Positions 52,375-64,000 of a stretch of 64,000 bases of DNA are shown piece after piece. The stretch is from positions 68,696,001 to 68,760,000 of the forward strand of contig OZ241829.1 of the NCBI GenBank assembly GCA_965202585.1, read 5' to 3'. Positions within the stretch are counted from its first letter, which is position 1; each line of letters starts with the position of its first letter. Source of the DNA: Thalia democratica. Lineage: Eukaryota. The position numbers and the translations under genes were made by a program. A model generated the notes under the pieces. That model was not told where the DNA came from. It saw only the letters and a list, made by a program, of their open reading frames with translations, and did no database searches.

Positions 52375-54490
52375 ATGTCAAATTACAACAACAACTTGCC
52401 TTTGACGATGCCTCCGAGTATCCATCTTCACCCCAGTTCGCCACATGGACCTTCGGATGCAAATTTGTCAGACCAGTTCAATAATCTCAACCTGCAGAAT
52501 GTAAACCCAAGCCACCACAAGACGAACTCTCACGTTTTGATAGCTGGTGATCACCATGACAAAATGCTTATTTATCCGATGAATAACTCGGCAAACGTGA
52601 TGGGTTTCCACGGAGCAGCGATGACCAACACTCCCAGCAGGATGATGCCTAACTATCATCAGAAACTAACGATGAATCAGTATCCGAATGCACCAGTGAT
52701 ACCCAGTTATTTGAGACATATACCGCCACCTAATTTGCCTAAACTAATTAGGCAGATTTCTCCTAACTCAATGTTTCCGATATCTCCACTTAGAACAGGT
52801 TTTCATGATGCGCAAATGGCGAAAAACGTGATGCCTTACAGGAATATGATGATGCCAAACCCTCCTGGTATGATGCAGCCAAACTCTGCTGGTATGATGA
52901 CGCCAAACCCTCCTGTTATAATGACGCCAAACCCTCCTGTTATGATGCGGCCAAACTCTCCTGGTATGATGCATGACTCTCCTGGTATGATGCCGCCAAA
53001 CTACCAGCAAAGAATGATGAGTTCTCAGCCCTATCACCCTAACAATACAACAAATCAACTGGCTAATGAGAACGACACGACCTGCATTGAAGTGTGGTCT
53101 CAAGATCAGGAAAGAATGTTGAATCGCGTCAAACAACTTGCAAAGACGTACAAGGTCATCGCTTTGGACACGGAGTTTCCGGGTGACCCGTTAGGGAGCA
53201 ATGATAACTGGGCGAAAGCATCAACGCAAGAAGCATACGGTTTCGTCAAAATGAACGCTGATTGTTCGAAGATGATTGCATTGGGTAAGTATATAGTTTA
53301 TAATTATATTTTTCTATCTACAATACTTTGTTTACATTATCTTCAATCTAAAATATTATTCCCATTCTAATTATTTAACTGATTTTACAAATTTCTATCA
53401 AATTAAACACAGGCTTGTCTTTTTCTGACAAACACGGCAACAAGCCGCATCCTCACACTTTCAACTTCAACATGAGGTTCAATTTGGTCGAAGAAGAGAA
53501 AAATGATAAATCTATTAGCATGTTGAGGAACAACGGTACCGATTTCGATAAGCTGAGAGATTACGGATGCGATCAAGAAGAAGTGGTCGGTGGTCTCAGA
53601 GATTTGTTCAGAGACAAAACTATTGAATGGGTGACTTTTCATGGGTGATTTGTTATGTTTATTTTGTTAATATTAAAACAAAACTGTGAGTATGACTAAA
53701 TCGGCTTTAATTTAATTTGAAATTCAAATATGGTTGTTTGAAGTTATCAAACAGTTTTATTTGATTTATGAATATGACATTTTATCTTTTCATTCGATAG
53801 TTTAAGTATTCTTAATTTTTAATGATAATAATTATTTTTTTTTAATGGCAACCGTGGATTTTATTAAGCACCTCTTCAGATGTTTCTCTATTTTATACAG
53901 TGATACCTATATATTTGTTTTTACCTTGGCTTAACTATGTTCAAAGTATAGTTTTAAATAAGTAGTAAATTAATATGAAACTCTTTATAATACTTTACAG
54001 ATGCAAAGATCTTGCTTACGTCATCAAAGACTACAGGAAGTCCAAACTTCCAAAAAGCGTCACCGTTTTTAATGGGTTAGTTAAACTTATATGTAACACT
54101 GTTAGTTTGGCTAACAAACAGATACTTTTTTCAACTCAAGTAACAGAGTAAAGCTCTGAAGTAAATACAATAATTTTAGCTTACTCAACATGAAAATTCT
54201 TAAGTAATAATTGGTAGGATTTTTTTATAATGCATACAAACTTCAACAGGTTTGTCAGATTGCATTTCAACAAAATTTTCGACTTGAAGTTTTTGGTGAC
54301 TCGTCACTCCCATTTCGGAGGGGTGAAACACGCTGGGCTGATGAAAATTATGAATAATGTCGGTTTGGAAGTAAAGAAAGGCCATCACGGTGGAAGAGAC
54401 GCTGAAATGGCGATGGATCTTTTTTTCTACTGTGCTAAGAATGTTCCAGACTATCGCGACTACGAGAACCAGCTTTGGAGTTTGTGCTAA
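52375..54490 (+). CDS. CAF1: CAF1 (CNOT7/CNOT8/POP2 family) DEDDh deadenylase, 4 exons, 485 aa, with a Pro/Met/Asn-rich N-terminal extension of about 235 aa
   Basis: Exons 52375-53284, 53413-53644, 54001-54075, 54250-54490 (1458 nt, GT-AG, phases 1/2/2). Motifs: EVWSQD, VIALDTEFPG (D, E), YGFVKMNAD, IALGLSFSDKHGN, TFNFNMRF, GTDFDKL, WVTFHG-KDLAY (D), IFDLKFL, GHHGGRDA (H, D). All DEDDh residues are present. Confidence 0.93.
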
Positions 54491-57084
54491 GATACGAAGA
54501 AATAACTCTCAAAAATTATTAGGATGTTTATAGGAATTTTTGTTGTTCGTCTAATAAACTTTATTAGTAAATAGAAAAACTTTTAACAGTCATTCTAAAA
54601 AGTGTCAAGTAAACTTAAATAATGTTTTAGTTTAGATATATGTACGAATTCGGTCTCTGATAAGAATTTAAACAGATTAATTTATAGAATTAATTTTAAT
54701 TTATAAGATGTACTTTTGGATTTATACAGGGTTAATTCGTTGTTTAGTAACCTTCATGGTATAATTGTAGACAATTGACAGTAGTAGACAATTGTAGAGT
54801 AGTTTTTGTGTAAATCCAACTTTTATAACTAATCGAGTAAATACTAATGTTAAATTTCAGAAAAATCAAATGTCTGCATATGATGCTAGTTTGATATTTT
54901 TAATTGTATGAATAAATTTGTTGCAGAAACCAAAATGTAATACAGCAGTACAATTCATTTGCTGTTTAGCTACTGATCTAGTTAAAGTTTAACTTGTTTA
55001 GTTAAACGCACTTCTTTTAATTTAAACAGTTAATTTAAAATTAAAAAAATAATTACCTAATTTCAAACTTAAAGGTGTTTAAGTACCAAAATTTAGTTAA
55101 GCTAAACTAAATATAATTTAACAAGAACCCAATTAGTTCTTATAATTTTTGTTGAACATTAAAAGGACAACTTTTAAAATGCCTTCAACAGTGAATAAGC
55201 TGAATAGTTTTACTATGAAATTAAGATCAAGTTACTTGATTTATTGTTGAAAATTAAAATTTTTCTTCTCAACGTGTTTCACAATTATCATGACACGAAG
55301 ATGGCGGCTCAGTAAGAAGATCAAAACTGTTCTAATTACAATAAATATAATAAAGCTTTAATTGTTAAGTATATAAAAATTTAAGTTTTATGATAATATT
55401 TTTCTAAAATTAAGTAGAAACTTAATGTTTTACTGCAGATGCTGTTAACTATAACACTAACATAAGAAAATAGTGAGAAAATTTTTATAAGCTAATAGTA
55501 TTAATTATAAATGTTAAATACGACATATATCCTATAGCAGTGGTCTTCAAGCTGATAAAATTATGTGGACACTAAACTGCGTGAAATTATTTCTGTGTAC
55601 CCCTAAACCTAAACCGCTATTGGTAAATAAACGTAAATGACTTTAATTTCTTATATAAGGATACTGCAGCTGTTCCTGCATTTTGTTTTTAAAACTTAAC
55701 TAACTTATTCATGGAAAACTCCTACAAACTTATACATTACTTAATTTTTCTAATAATATAAGTTATTTCATAAATCTTATCTTTACAAAAATATTCTTAT
55801 TTATATCACTCAATTTTTATTTAAGAAATCACAGAGAAAATAACTATTCTGAAAATACTTACTGTATCTAACTTTATTCCGGCCAGCGATAGGTAAAACT
55901 TAGATTACTCATTCTAGAACTATAATGCATGGAAATATCTAAAAATTAACTTATTGAAAAAAATACTTCATAATTAAAAAATAAGTCATATATAATTAGC
56001 ATTTGGCAAAAATAATTCACTTATTTTGGTGTACAAAATAAAACTTAAATGTTCTGGCCAGCCAATTATTTAATTTTTCTACATCTGGTCCGCTGAAATA
56101 AAACGCTGCATACCTCTAACTCAGATATTAATCTAGTAAAAACATTTCAACAATTTAACTGGTACTTGGTCATCTTAGTATGCATAATTAACTAAAAACT
56201 TGGCATTTAATTTTCCCTTATTTTTGGTTGATTTTTATTTCATATAAACAAACAAAAAATACCAACTAAAAAACTTCAGTCTATTGAAAGCTGTATTTTT
56301 TGGTGATCTTTTGATTTGTTTTATGTGACAACTGTCCTGGTATATTTATCCGATGCTGCGCTGGTATGATACTTCTCATTCAGTTTCCTAAATGTTATGT
56401 GTTGTAGCTTTTGAATTTTAAATTATGTTAAGTTTAAAAATAATTAATGTTAAAGTTAAAGATAAAATTAATTTTACAACTTAAATATTGATAGAAAACA
56501 ATATTTGTAAAATCAATAAATTTATAAAATTTTAGACATTTTATACCTGTATTTCAAATAATATATAAGCTTTGACTTTTCTGATGCATTTTGCTTTCTA
56601 TAACATTACGACAGGACTTGATACATACCAATTCAAAAAATAGTCAGTAGAAACCTGTTAAGGATGTTTAAGATAATTATCAAAACTGTCCTGTGTTTTA
56701 CATAAGTAAAACAAGCCTAAGATTTATAAGTTTTTAACTAGTCTAGTCTAATTTATACTGAGTGTGTGGCAAAACTGTTTGGTAATAAAATAAACCTTTT
56801 TTTAACTTATTTTGAAGTATATATTTAAGTACTTAAAATAATATTAAAGCAAAAAAAATCCGCAAGTTCAAAATATATATCTTAAATTGTTTAGTTGAGA
56901 CAAAAAAAAAACCTTAATTTTATATAACTTGCCTGATTTTTGAAAAATCAGGTTTTTGTATAGAGTCAGAATAACTGTTTTAAGTGATCTTGAACTGTTC
57001 AAGTAATCCTGAGTTTTAAAAACATAAAAAAAATCGTTTAAAATTACAAGTTTGCCAAAGATCTTAGAAAATAAACTTCAAGGT

Positions 57085-57425
57085 TATTAGAACTTCTTTC
57101 AGGTTTTCAAGAGTTCATGTTTTTAGTGTATTTTTACTATGAATTAAAGTTGAAGGTAAAAAAACTCTCTTCAACAGTATAACAGAATTGAAGGAACACT
57201 GTAAACTTAATTTAAATGTGTCTTTAATTGTAAAAAATAGATAACAAAAGATGTACATATAAAATTTTTTTGAAGTTTTGGAATTTTGACACTATACATA
57301 AAAAATTCTTTAAAATTCCAGTTTGTGAATGTGTTCGAAAAATAAGGTTTTTTTTTTTAATTTTAAAATTCCAGGTTTTTTAGCCTAGATTGACAAGTTC
57401 TAGGATTCCAGGATTTGGCAAATCT
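57085..57425. mobile_element. Diverged copy of the CCAGGTTT-subterminal MITE family
   Basis: TTTCAGGTTTT near the left end; AATTCCAGGTTTTTT...TTCCAGGATTTGGCAA near the right end, in the same layout as 24589-24930. Confidence 0.45.
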
Positions 57426-57873
57426 AAAACTAACAAATGAAATAGTTTAATTGTCAAAATAAAAACAACCAATTATTGAAAAATATCTCTTATTTCTGTG
57501 AAATTATATATTATTAATTAAATTTAAGAAAGTTTGAAGTTAGAAAAAAATTTAAAGCCAGCACAAGGTTTGCAAGACATAAAAAAAAACTTAGGCAAAC
57601 TGAGTTATTCATAAAAAAACTCATAACTTTAGAGTAGCTTCTAGTTGTGGCAATTTTGTATAAATTTTACAAAATAATTTTCCATTTTTTATTTCACTAG
57701 TTAAAATAATAAAAATGAAAAACACTAAAATGAATAAATTATATTTAATAACATTTTTCTAGAAAATGTGGAAACTAAAACATTAAAAAAATACTCTAAG
57801 TGTGAAACTTTTTAAACCTTAAGAATATTTCTTAGTATATTTTTACAAAGTATATTGCAAACAAACAAAATAT

Positions 57874-57920
57874 AAAATAGAAGTACTTTTCGGACACGTT
57901 CTTCAGTATTTTTTCGTGTC
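57874..57920 (-). ncRNA. Minimal type I hammerhead ribozyme in the 3' pLTR (UUC site)
   Basis: Minus strand: GACACG-AAAAAAUA-CUGAAGA-ACGUGUCC-GAAA-AGUACU-UC/UAUUUU. Stem I is 6 bp and stem III is the palindrome AAGUACUU. Confidence 0.7.
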
Positions 57921-58062
57921 AAAACAAGCTGAAATAATGATTAACTGATAAAACTAAGTATTTAAGCAAACAAATTAAATTTAACACAATAGTAAAAATT
58001 AACAAATTAAGGCAATCGTTTAATCAGAAATAATATAAATGTAACACAACTTTACTAATCAA

Positions 58063-59091
58063 CTAATTTAAGTTCAACGAATTAAACAAAATGGTCGAAT
58101 AAACAAATTTCTTTTGTTTACAGAGTTCTGGCTTTAAGCTTAAAATGTATATAGCTTCTAGAGTTTTTAGGTGAAATTCATTACGAGCAACTGATATAAT
58201 TTTGAAGTTGTCCACTTTATAGTTTTCGACACACTTAGGATTAGTAATCAGGTGTTGGCCAATCGCTGAACTACTATTTAGTTTTTCCAAATCATCAAAT
58301 TTCTTTTCCTCGTTACATGACTTAATCTTGTTTAAAAGGTTTTTTGGGATGTGTTGGTTGATTCTTGTAATCGAATTGTTACTCGTTCTACCCACGTATG
58401 TTTTTTTGCATAAACATACAAATTTATAGATTACATTGCTGGTGTTTAGGGTGGGTAATTTATCTTTGTTTTTAATCTGAAACAGTTTATTGGTTGAGTA
58501 TACTATTCGTAAATTAACAGATCTATAGCCATTTTCTACTATTTTCTTCAAATTATTATGCAAAATTGTATTCTGATTGTATGGCAACTTAAGGTATACC
58601 GGACACTTTTTTGGACCAAATTTTATTGACTTAAACTTTGTCTTTGTTTTTTGTATTGTTTTCTTTATTATGTCTAGAGGGTAACCTAAAGTCGCAAAGA
58701 TTCTTTTCACATTTGATAATTCTGTTTCTAAATATTTTTCAGAACAAATTTTCATTGCTTTATATGTAAGGCAACTGATTAGATTTAGTTTTTGTCTCAT
58801 TGGACTGTATGAATTATAAGGGACATAGTCCCCACTGAAGGTACTTTTTCTAAAAATGTTCGTATAGAACATTTGATTCTCCCTGTTGACCATAACATCT
58901 AAGAATGCTAAATTGTTTTCAGTTGCTGTTTCCATAGTAAATTCGAGGTTTGTATGCATGCTATTCAGTTTTAATAGAAATTCATCTCTGTCTTTATCGT
59001 CTGTAAAGATGGCAAACGTGTCATCTACATAACGTTTGTAATAAATGGGAGAGATATCTTTTATGAGTTGTTGTTCATGGAAACCAACAAA
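58063..59091 (-). CDS. Penelope-like element polyprotein fragment (RT C-terminal half, thumb, GIY-YIG endonuclease), no start codon
   Basis: The frame extends upstream of the listed ORF to FVGFHEQQL...YYKRYVDDTFAIF (YVDD at 59031-59020), then LAFLDV, FRKSTFSG, LGYP, YLKLPY, NVIYKFVCLCKKTYVGRT...RINQH, SAIGQH and LEAIYI. No internal stops. Confidence 0.9.
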   Translation of the reverse strand, partial: FVGFHEQQLIKDISPIYYKRYVDDTFAIFTDDKDRDEFLLKLNSMHTNLEFTMETATENNLAFLDVMVNRENQMFYTNIFRKSTFSGDYVPYNSYSPMRQKLNLISCLTYKAMKICSEKYLETELSNVKRIFATLGYPLDIIKKTIQKTKTKFKSIKFGPKKCPVYLKLPYNQNTILHNNLKKIVENGYRSVNLRIVYSTNKLFQIKNKDKLPTLNTSNVIYKFVCLCKKTYVGRTSNNSITRINQHIPKNLLNKIKSCNEEKKFDDLEKLNSSSAIGQHLITNPKCVENYKVDNFKIISVARNEFHLKTLEAIYILSLKPELCKQKKFVYSTILFNSLNLN

Positions 59092-59254
59092 ATTTCGTTG
59101 AACTTAAATTAGTTGATTAGTAAAGTTGTGTTACATTTATATTATTTCTGATTAAACGATTGCCTTAATTTGTTAATTTTTACTATTGTGTTAAATTTAA
59201 TTTGTTTGCTTAAATACTTAGTTTTATCAGTTAATCATTATTTCAGCTTGTTTT

Positions 59255-59301
59255 GACACGAAAAAATACTGAAGAGCGTGTCCGAAAAGTACTTTTATTT
59301 T
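59255..59301 (+). ncRNA. Minimal type I hammerhead ribozyme in the inverted pLTR (UUU site)
   Basis: Plus strand: GACACG-AAAAAAUA-CUGAAGA-GCGUGUCC-GAAA-AGUACU-UU/UAUUUU. Confidence 0.65.
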
Positions 59302-60459
59302 ATATTTTGTTTGTTTGCAATAAACTTTAATGTAAAAAAATTGTGATTTTTATAATGGAAAAACCATTATTTCAACATTTTACAAAGTAGTGTTATTATT
59401 ATACTCTAGTTAAATTTAAAGTTCACAAAAACCACCTAATTTTACATCTAAGGTTAGTAATTTTAATTTAGAATTATATTCGAAATTAAATATCAAAATA
59501 GTATTTGTTTTTAGCTTTGATCCAAAAAAGATAATTTATAAATGTTTAGTTACTAAAGTAAACTACTTAGTATTGATTATTTCAACTTTTAGAAATTGAT
59601 TCTACACAAAATAATATTAAATTGTTTTTGAACAATTGTTACAGTGTTGCCACTTATTAATAGAAAAAAAACTATTTTAAGTGACTGGAAACTGTATTGA
59701 ATTACCTTAAAATCTCTTAAGTCATAAAGATTTTATTTCAATTCTTTAAAATATTTTATAATGAATAGATAAAAAATATCATCAAACTTTTTAAAACAAC
59801 ATGAATCAAGTTTTTGAACAAAATTAGTTATAAAATATTGAAACATTAAAACTAGAACAACTAAATCTCATTCAAGATTTAAAAAAACTAGCTTGTTAAA
59901 TTTAATAAACTTTAAAAATAACCTCAGTTTTAAGTAAAATAACCAAGCTGGCTTGTCTTAGTACTAAATTCTAAAACAACTTGAGTTGTCCTGAGAATTT
60001 TAAATTTTTCTACTATACAGGTTTTTCCTAACTATATTATCATGAGTGTGTTACAACCCTGTGTAACTAGAAACTAAATATTTTTTACTTTTTATTTATA
60101 TTAATGCGTTTAAAATAAGTTGTAAAATTAGTTAACAAAGATATTTAGAATTTATAAAAAAAGTTGTACAAGAGTAATTAGTTAAGAAAACTAACCAATA
60201 TTATAGATATCCTATAGGTTTTACGGTTGCCGTCTTGTTTGTGACTGATTTTTGGAAGGTCCTGTGTTTAGCTCTCTAATTTTTAAATGTAAATCGGGTA
60301 ACAATAATTTTTCTTCACTATTTAACATCTAAAATCCAATAAACACAATAGAAAAATTAAAAAAACGTGTAAATGTTTAAAGATTTTAGTATTTCAAGTT
60401 ATCAAAACATAATCTAATAAGCCTTGTTTCTTTAAAATACACGCTTATATTAAACAAAA

Positions 60460-63160
60460 TTAAAAAAAAAAGCTGCTTTTTTAGTTTGTTATTTTAAAAC
60501 TAAAACTTGCAATTGGTTGATTAAAAAGAAAACTTCAAAACAAACTACCTAATTTATATTTCTATAAACATCTAATGTAAAAATTTTTTAAATTATAGTT
60601 TCTATGAATGTTGAAAATTTTAATTTAATACTTTTATTGTTTTAATTACTAAAATTTTATCCAACTTATTATGAGTATAGGGTTGCCTAAAAAATGCTTA
60701 ACCCTGGAAAACCTACAATTTGGCATTTCAACCAAAATGGAGAAAAAAACTGGTATTTTAAAAATTTATAATAAAAACACTTTAAGTAACACGGAGTTTT
60801 GAACATAAATTAATAGAAAACCTTGAATTTTAAACAGCATTTATACACAAAACAATAAAGTTTAAAGTTCAATTGATAAATAATTTGTCATATACAATAA
60901 AATTTTTAGTTTCATTTATATTTTAGAAAAACTTTTAATAAACAATACAGTATATCTTTTATATTTTTATACTGTTCTTAAGTAAAATTATAAGAAAAGT
61001 TAACTTTATATTAAAAATTGACTAAAAAAACTTTTACATTTTATTACTTGAAAAATATTTTCTAAAAACTTTGACAACTTTGAAATTGATGTTGACAACT
61101 TTATTAAAATTATTCATAGGTAAATAGATTTTTAAACATAACTAAATGTATAAACTTTTGAAACTCTAATACTCATAAGTGTTTATATATCAATATTAAT
61201 TAGAAAATTATGATTAAGTTTCTTAAACTATTAAATTTTTTAAAGTTATTTTAAATATTTACTTCTACTAATCTATAGTAACATTTCTACTTTCGATGTT
61301 ATAGACAAAGTATTTTTATCATATTAAAATCTTCGTCTCAATAAATTTATATGTTTTGTTATAATTTGTGACTCTTAGCAGCTTAATTTCAGAAATTTGT
61401 AAAACTAGTTTTAATTTAAGAAAATAGCTTAAAGATTTTAGTAACACTTTATCTTTAAAAATTCATCTGATTTTTTTAATTTTTTTAAATTTTTATTTTA
61501 AATTGGGTAGTTTTTACAATTAAATACATACTTTTAGACTTCTCTATTATTTTTATTAGCCTAATAAATTTTTACCAAAAATTAATTATTTTAATTTTCT
61601 CAACCTAGTTAGATATAGCAGTTAGATATCAAGTATACGATATGTAAAACAGCTATAACAAATTTTTGCTTTTGAATCGTAAAATTTCATGCTAAAGTAT
61701 TCAGTGGCGATTTTCTCAGCGTAAGTTTGGCAACTATGCTGTTATAGTTTCAAAATTTTTATTAGCAAGATGCCTCACAGTAGTCAAGCATTAAATTTTT
61801 AGTTAAGAAAAAATGAGACGTTTATTCGCATTTAAAGTTCTTTATTTTTGGTATTTTTTCAATTCTTCTGTCCAGTGCAAAGACTTAATCAAAAAGTATA
61901 GGGCAAAACTTGGGCAAAAATCATCGTGTCTGTCAAAAGGCATAAGTACATTGAAAATTGTTTGACTACAGAAATTCAATCATAGACTTTGTCTTGCACG
62001 ATTTTGTTGTAGTGGTAAAAGGAATATAAACGAAATTAGTAATTGAGTGCGGTAAAAATTATTTTTATGTATAAAATGATTAATATCACAAGCGGCATTA
62101 ACAGAACTGCCAAAAAAAAGACTAATAAACTAAATTAAAAAATTATTTAAATTTCAAAATTCAGTCTACGTACTTTTATTTTAAATAAAATGCTTAAAAT
62201 AAAATAAAAAAAGTATAAATATTAATGTTAGTAGTTGTTTTTTACTGTAAAATTTAAATGTCTTATTTTTTAGTTTTGTAGTGAAAATATTTGTCCCTGA
62301 TAGTAAACAAATATGAAACAAAAAACCCAAAGTTTTCAATTGACCATTTTTACTTTATACTACTAGAACTTGTTTGCTATATTGTATAAGTTTAGAAGCA
62401 TAAATTTAGCTAAAACTTATTGTATTTTTAGATTAAGTTTTATATATTATAAATTTAAAGGTACAGAAATAGTATGAAAGTAATCTGGTTAGTTCAAGTT
62501 GTATTCAATATTTATAAGTAACAGGCAGTCAAATCATGTAATTATAGTATTTTTACATAGATCTGAGATCTGTCCTAAAACTTAAAAAATCCTCACTATA
62601 TAATGAAGAAATTGTTTGTTCAAAGTAATTTTTAATGTTTTATTATACTAAGAAAAGAAGCTATTCAAGAGCTATGATATAGATTTAAAAATTGTCCTAC
62701 ACATCTTTCTAAACTATACTTAGTTTAGAATTTGGATACATTAAAACATTTTAATGTACAGATAATTTTGATTTACCACCATAATTCTTAAAAATTATTT
62801 CATTAATTTTTTATATTTTAAAATTAATGTTTATGACTAAAAACTATCTGTGAATAAAATTGATTAAAAAGGCACTAAAACTTAAATTTTGTTATTTCAC
62901 ATTTTTAAATTCAGATATATTACATAAATAAACTTCTAAAAATGGTATTTAAGGAGCTATATAAGTAATTTAATGGCTAGTGTTATGGAAATTCTGGTAT
63001 ATTTCAAAATTTTCCAGTTTGTACTAACTTTAATAATTATTTAGTAACATTAAGAACTAAATTTAACATTTTGAAATTATTAGAATAGTTAATAATAAGT
63101 ACAGGAAATTATAGTATTTAAAATAATATTGTTTTAGCAGTTTTCACACAAATATAAAAT
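60460..63160 (-). mobile_element. Dispersed repeat copy 2 (longest) of the 970-3615 family
   Basis: Colinear with 970-3615 over about 2.6 kb, including a shared MITE end (TAGGGTTGCC at 60678; AAGGTTGCC at 1261), and with 47280-47350 at its right end. Confidence 0.7.
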
Positions 63161-63399
63161 TTTAAGTCAATAACTATATTGCTATTTCAATGTAAGGTTA
63201 GCTACAAATGATCATCCTTATTAGCTATTAACCATATTAAAGTATTAAATTTTGTCATTTTTTCATTTAAATTTTTATAAGTTGAAATGACACTATGGTA
63301 AAATCATCAATTTTAGTTTTTTTTTTGAATTTTTTATTATCATTTTGCAATAGATTTATGCTAACTTAAATTTAAATTAAGTTTTCAGAAAACTGATGA

Positions 63400-63760
63400 A
63401 AGGAATACCAAAAACCTTAAAAAGCCTGGAATAACCTGGTAAAACCTGGAATTTGACAATTTACGCTAAAAAACCTAGAAAAACCTGGAATTTAAAAAAG
63501 CTTTTACATGTTTATTAGAAAAAAAATTATTTGACACTAAAAATCCACCTTATAAATAAAAAATGTTTTCATCATCAAAAATATTTTTAACTAAAAATAC
63601 ACATTTAAAGTAAATTTACAGTATCTTTCCAATGTTATAACACATTACTTTAGCTAAAACTTGACTTTAAACTTAAAATAGACTCAAAAATGTGTTTTAC
63701 CAAAAACGAGGAGGAATTTTTGAAACCCTGGGAAAAAATTGCCAAAAACATTTGCCAAAC
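63400..63760. mobile_element. Copy of the ACCTGGAA-subterminal MITE family
   Basis: Five AAAACCTGG-like repeats, then ATTTGACAC and AAAATAGACTCAAAAA blocks, as in 49810-50195. Confidence 0.55.
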
Positions 63761-64000
63761 CACTGCAGATGAATAATTGAAGACTGAAGGCTGATTATCT
63801 ATTATCAAATTTGTACTTAATGAGGTAAGTAGTATTTAAGATAAATTATGTTATTTTCTGGAACACAAGTTATAATATAATTTTCTTGCACATATATATA
63901 AATATTTAAGTTTTTTTTACTTCTTTTCTGTAACTAGGGTAAAAAAAATAATAAAAAATGCTTCTAAGAAAATACTATAATATAAAATCTCTTTTTTTAT

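Larger units (their letters stand above)
57847..59328 (-). mobile_element. 5'-truncated Penelope-like retroelement (RT plus GIY-YIG) with inverted pseudo-LTRs
   Basis: Near-identical inverted arms of about 235 bp (57847-58081 and 59094-59328) flank a stop-free RT/GIY-YIG frame. Each arm contains a hammerhead motif. Confidence 0.93.

Noticed and set aside
52468-53642. Antisense ORFs over CAF1 (52468-52659, 52768-53136, 53403-53642), including the HHTRRVW repeat
   Set aside because: Mirror of the 24-nt coding repeats and GC-richer codons of the sense gene.

Overview
Very AT-rich, intron-containing eukaryotic DNA, most likely from an invertebrate animal; the standard genetic code fits the intact genes. 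Three host genes were found, and all act on the mRNA poly(A) tail. (1) A divergent 13-exon canonical-type poly(A) polymerase on the minus strand (12154-19133, about 878 aa) with a Q/N-rich and 11-aa-periodic mixed-charge C-terminal tail. (2) A complete 4-exon CAF1 (CNOT7/8/POP2-type DEDDh deadenylase) on the plus strand (52375-54490, 485 aa) with a long P/M/N-rich N-terminal extension. (3) The 5' end of a second, inverted CAF1 paralog that runs off the window start (ATG at 463, minus). The rest is mostly transposon-derived. It includes a 5'-truncated Penelope-like element with inverted pseudo-LTRs, each carrying a hammerhead ribozyme; a separate canonical hammerhead at 44537-44579; a 3.2-kb hAT element with a perfect 8-bp TSD; a hAT-type MITE family; MULE, piggyBac-like and P-like remnants; a probable solo LTR; a 4-kb fold-back array upstream of CAF1; a 33-bp minisatellite upstream of the PAP; and a spliced pseudogene at 33.3-35.2 kb. 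All calls were made by eye from translation and motif recall, with no database searches.
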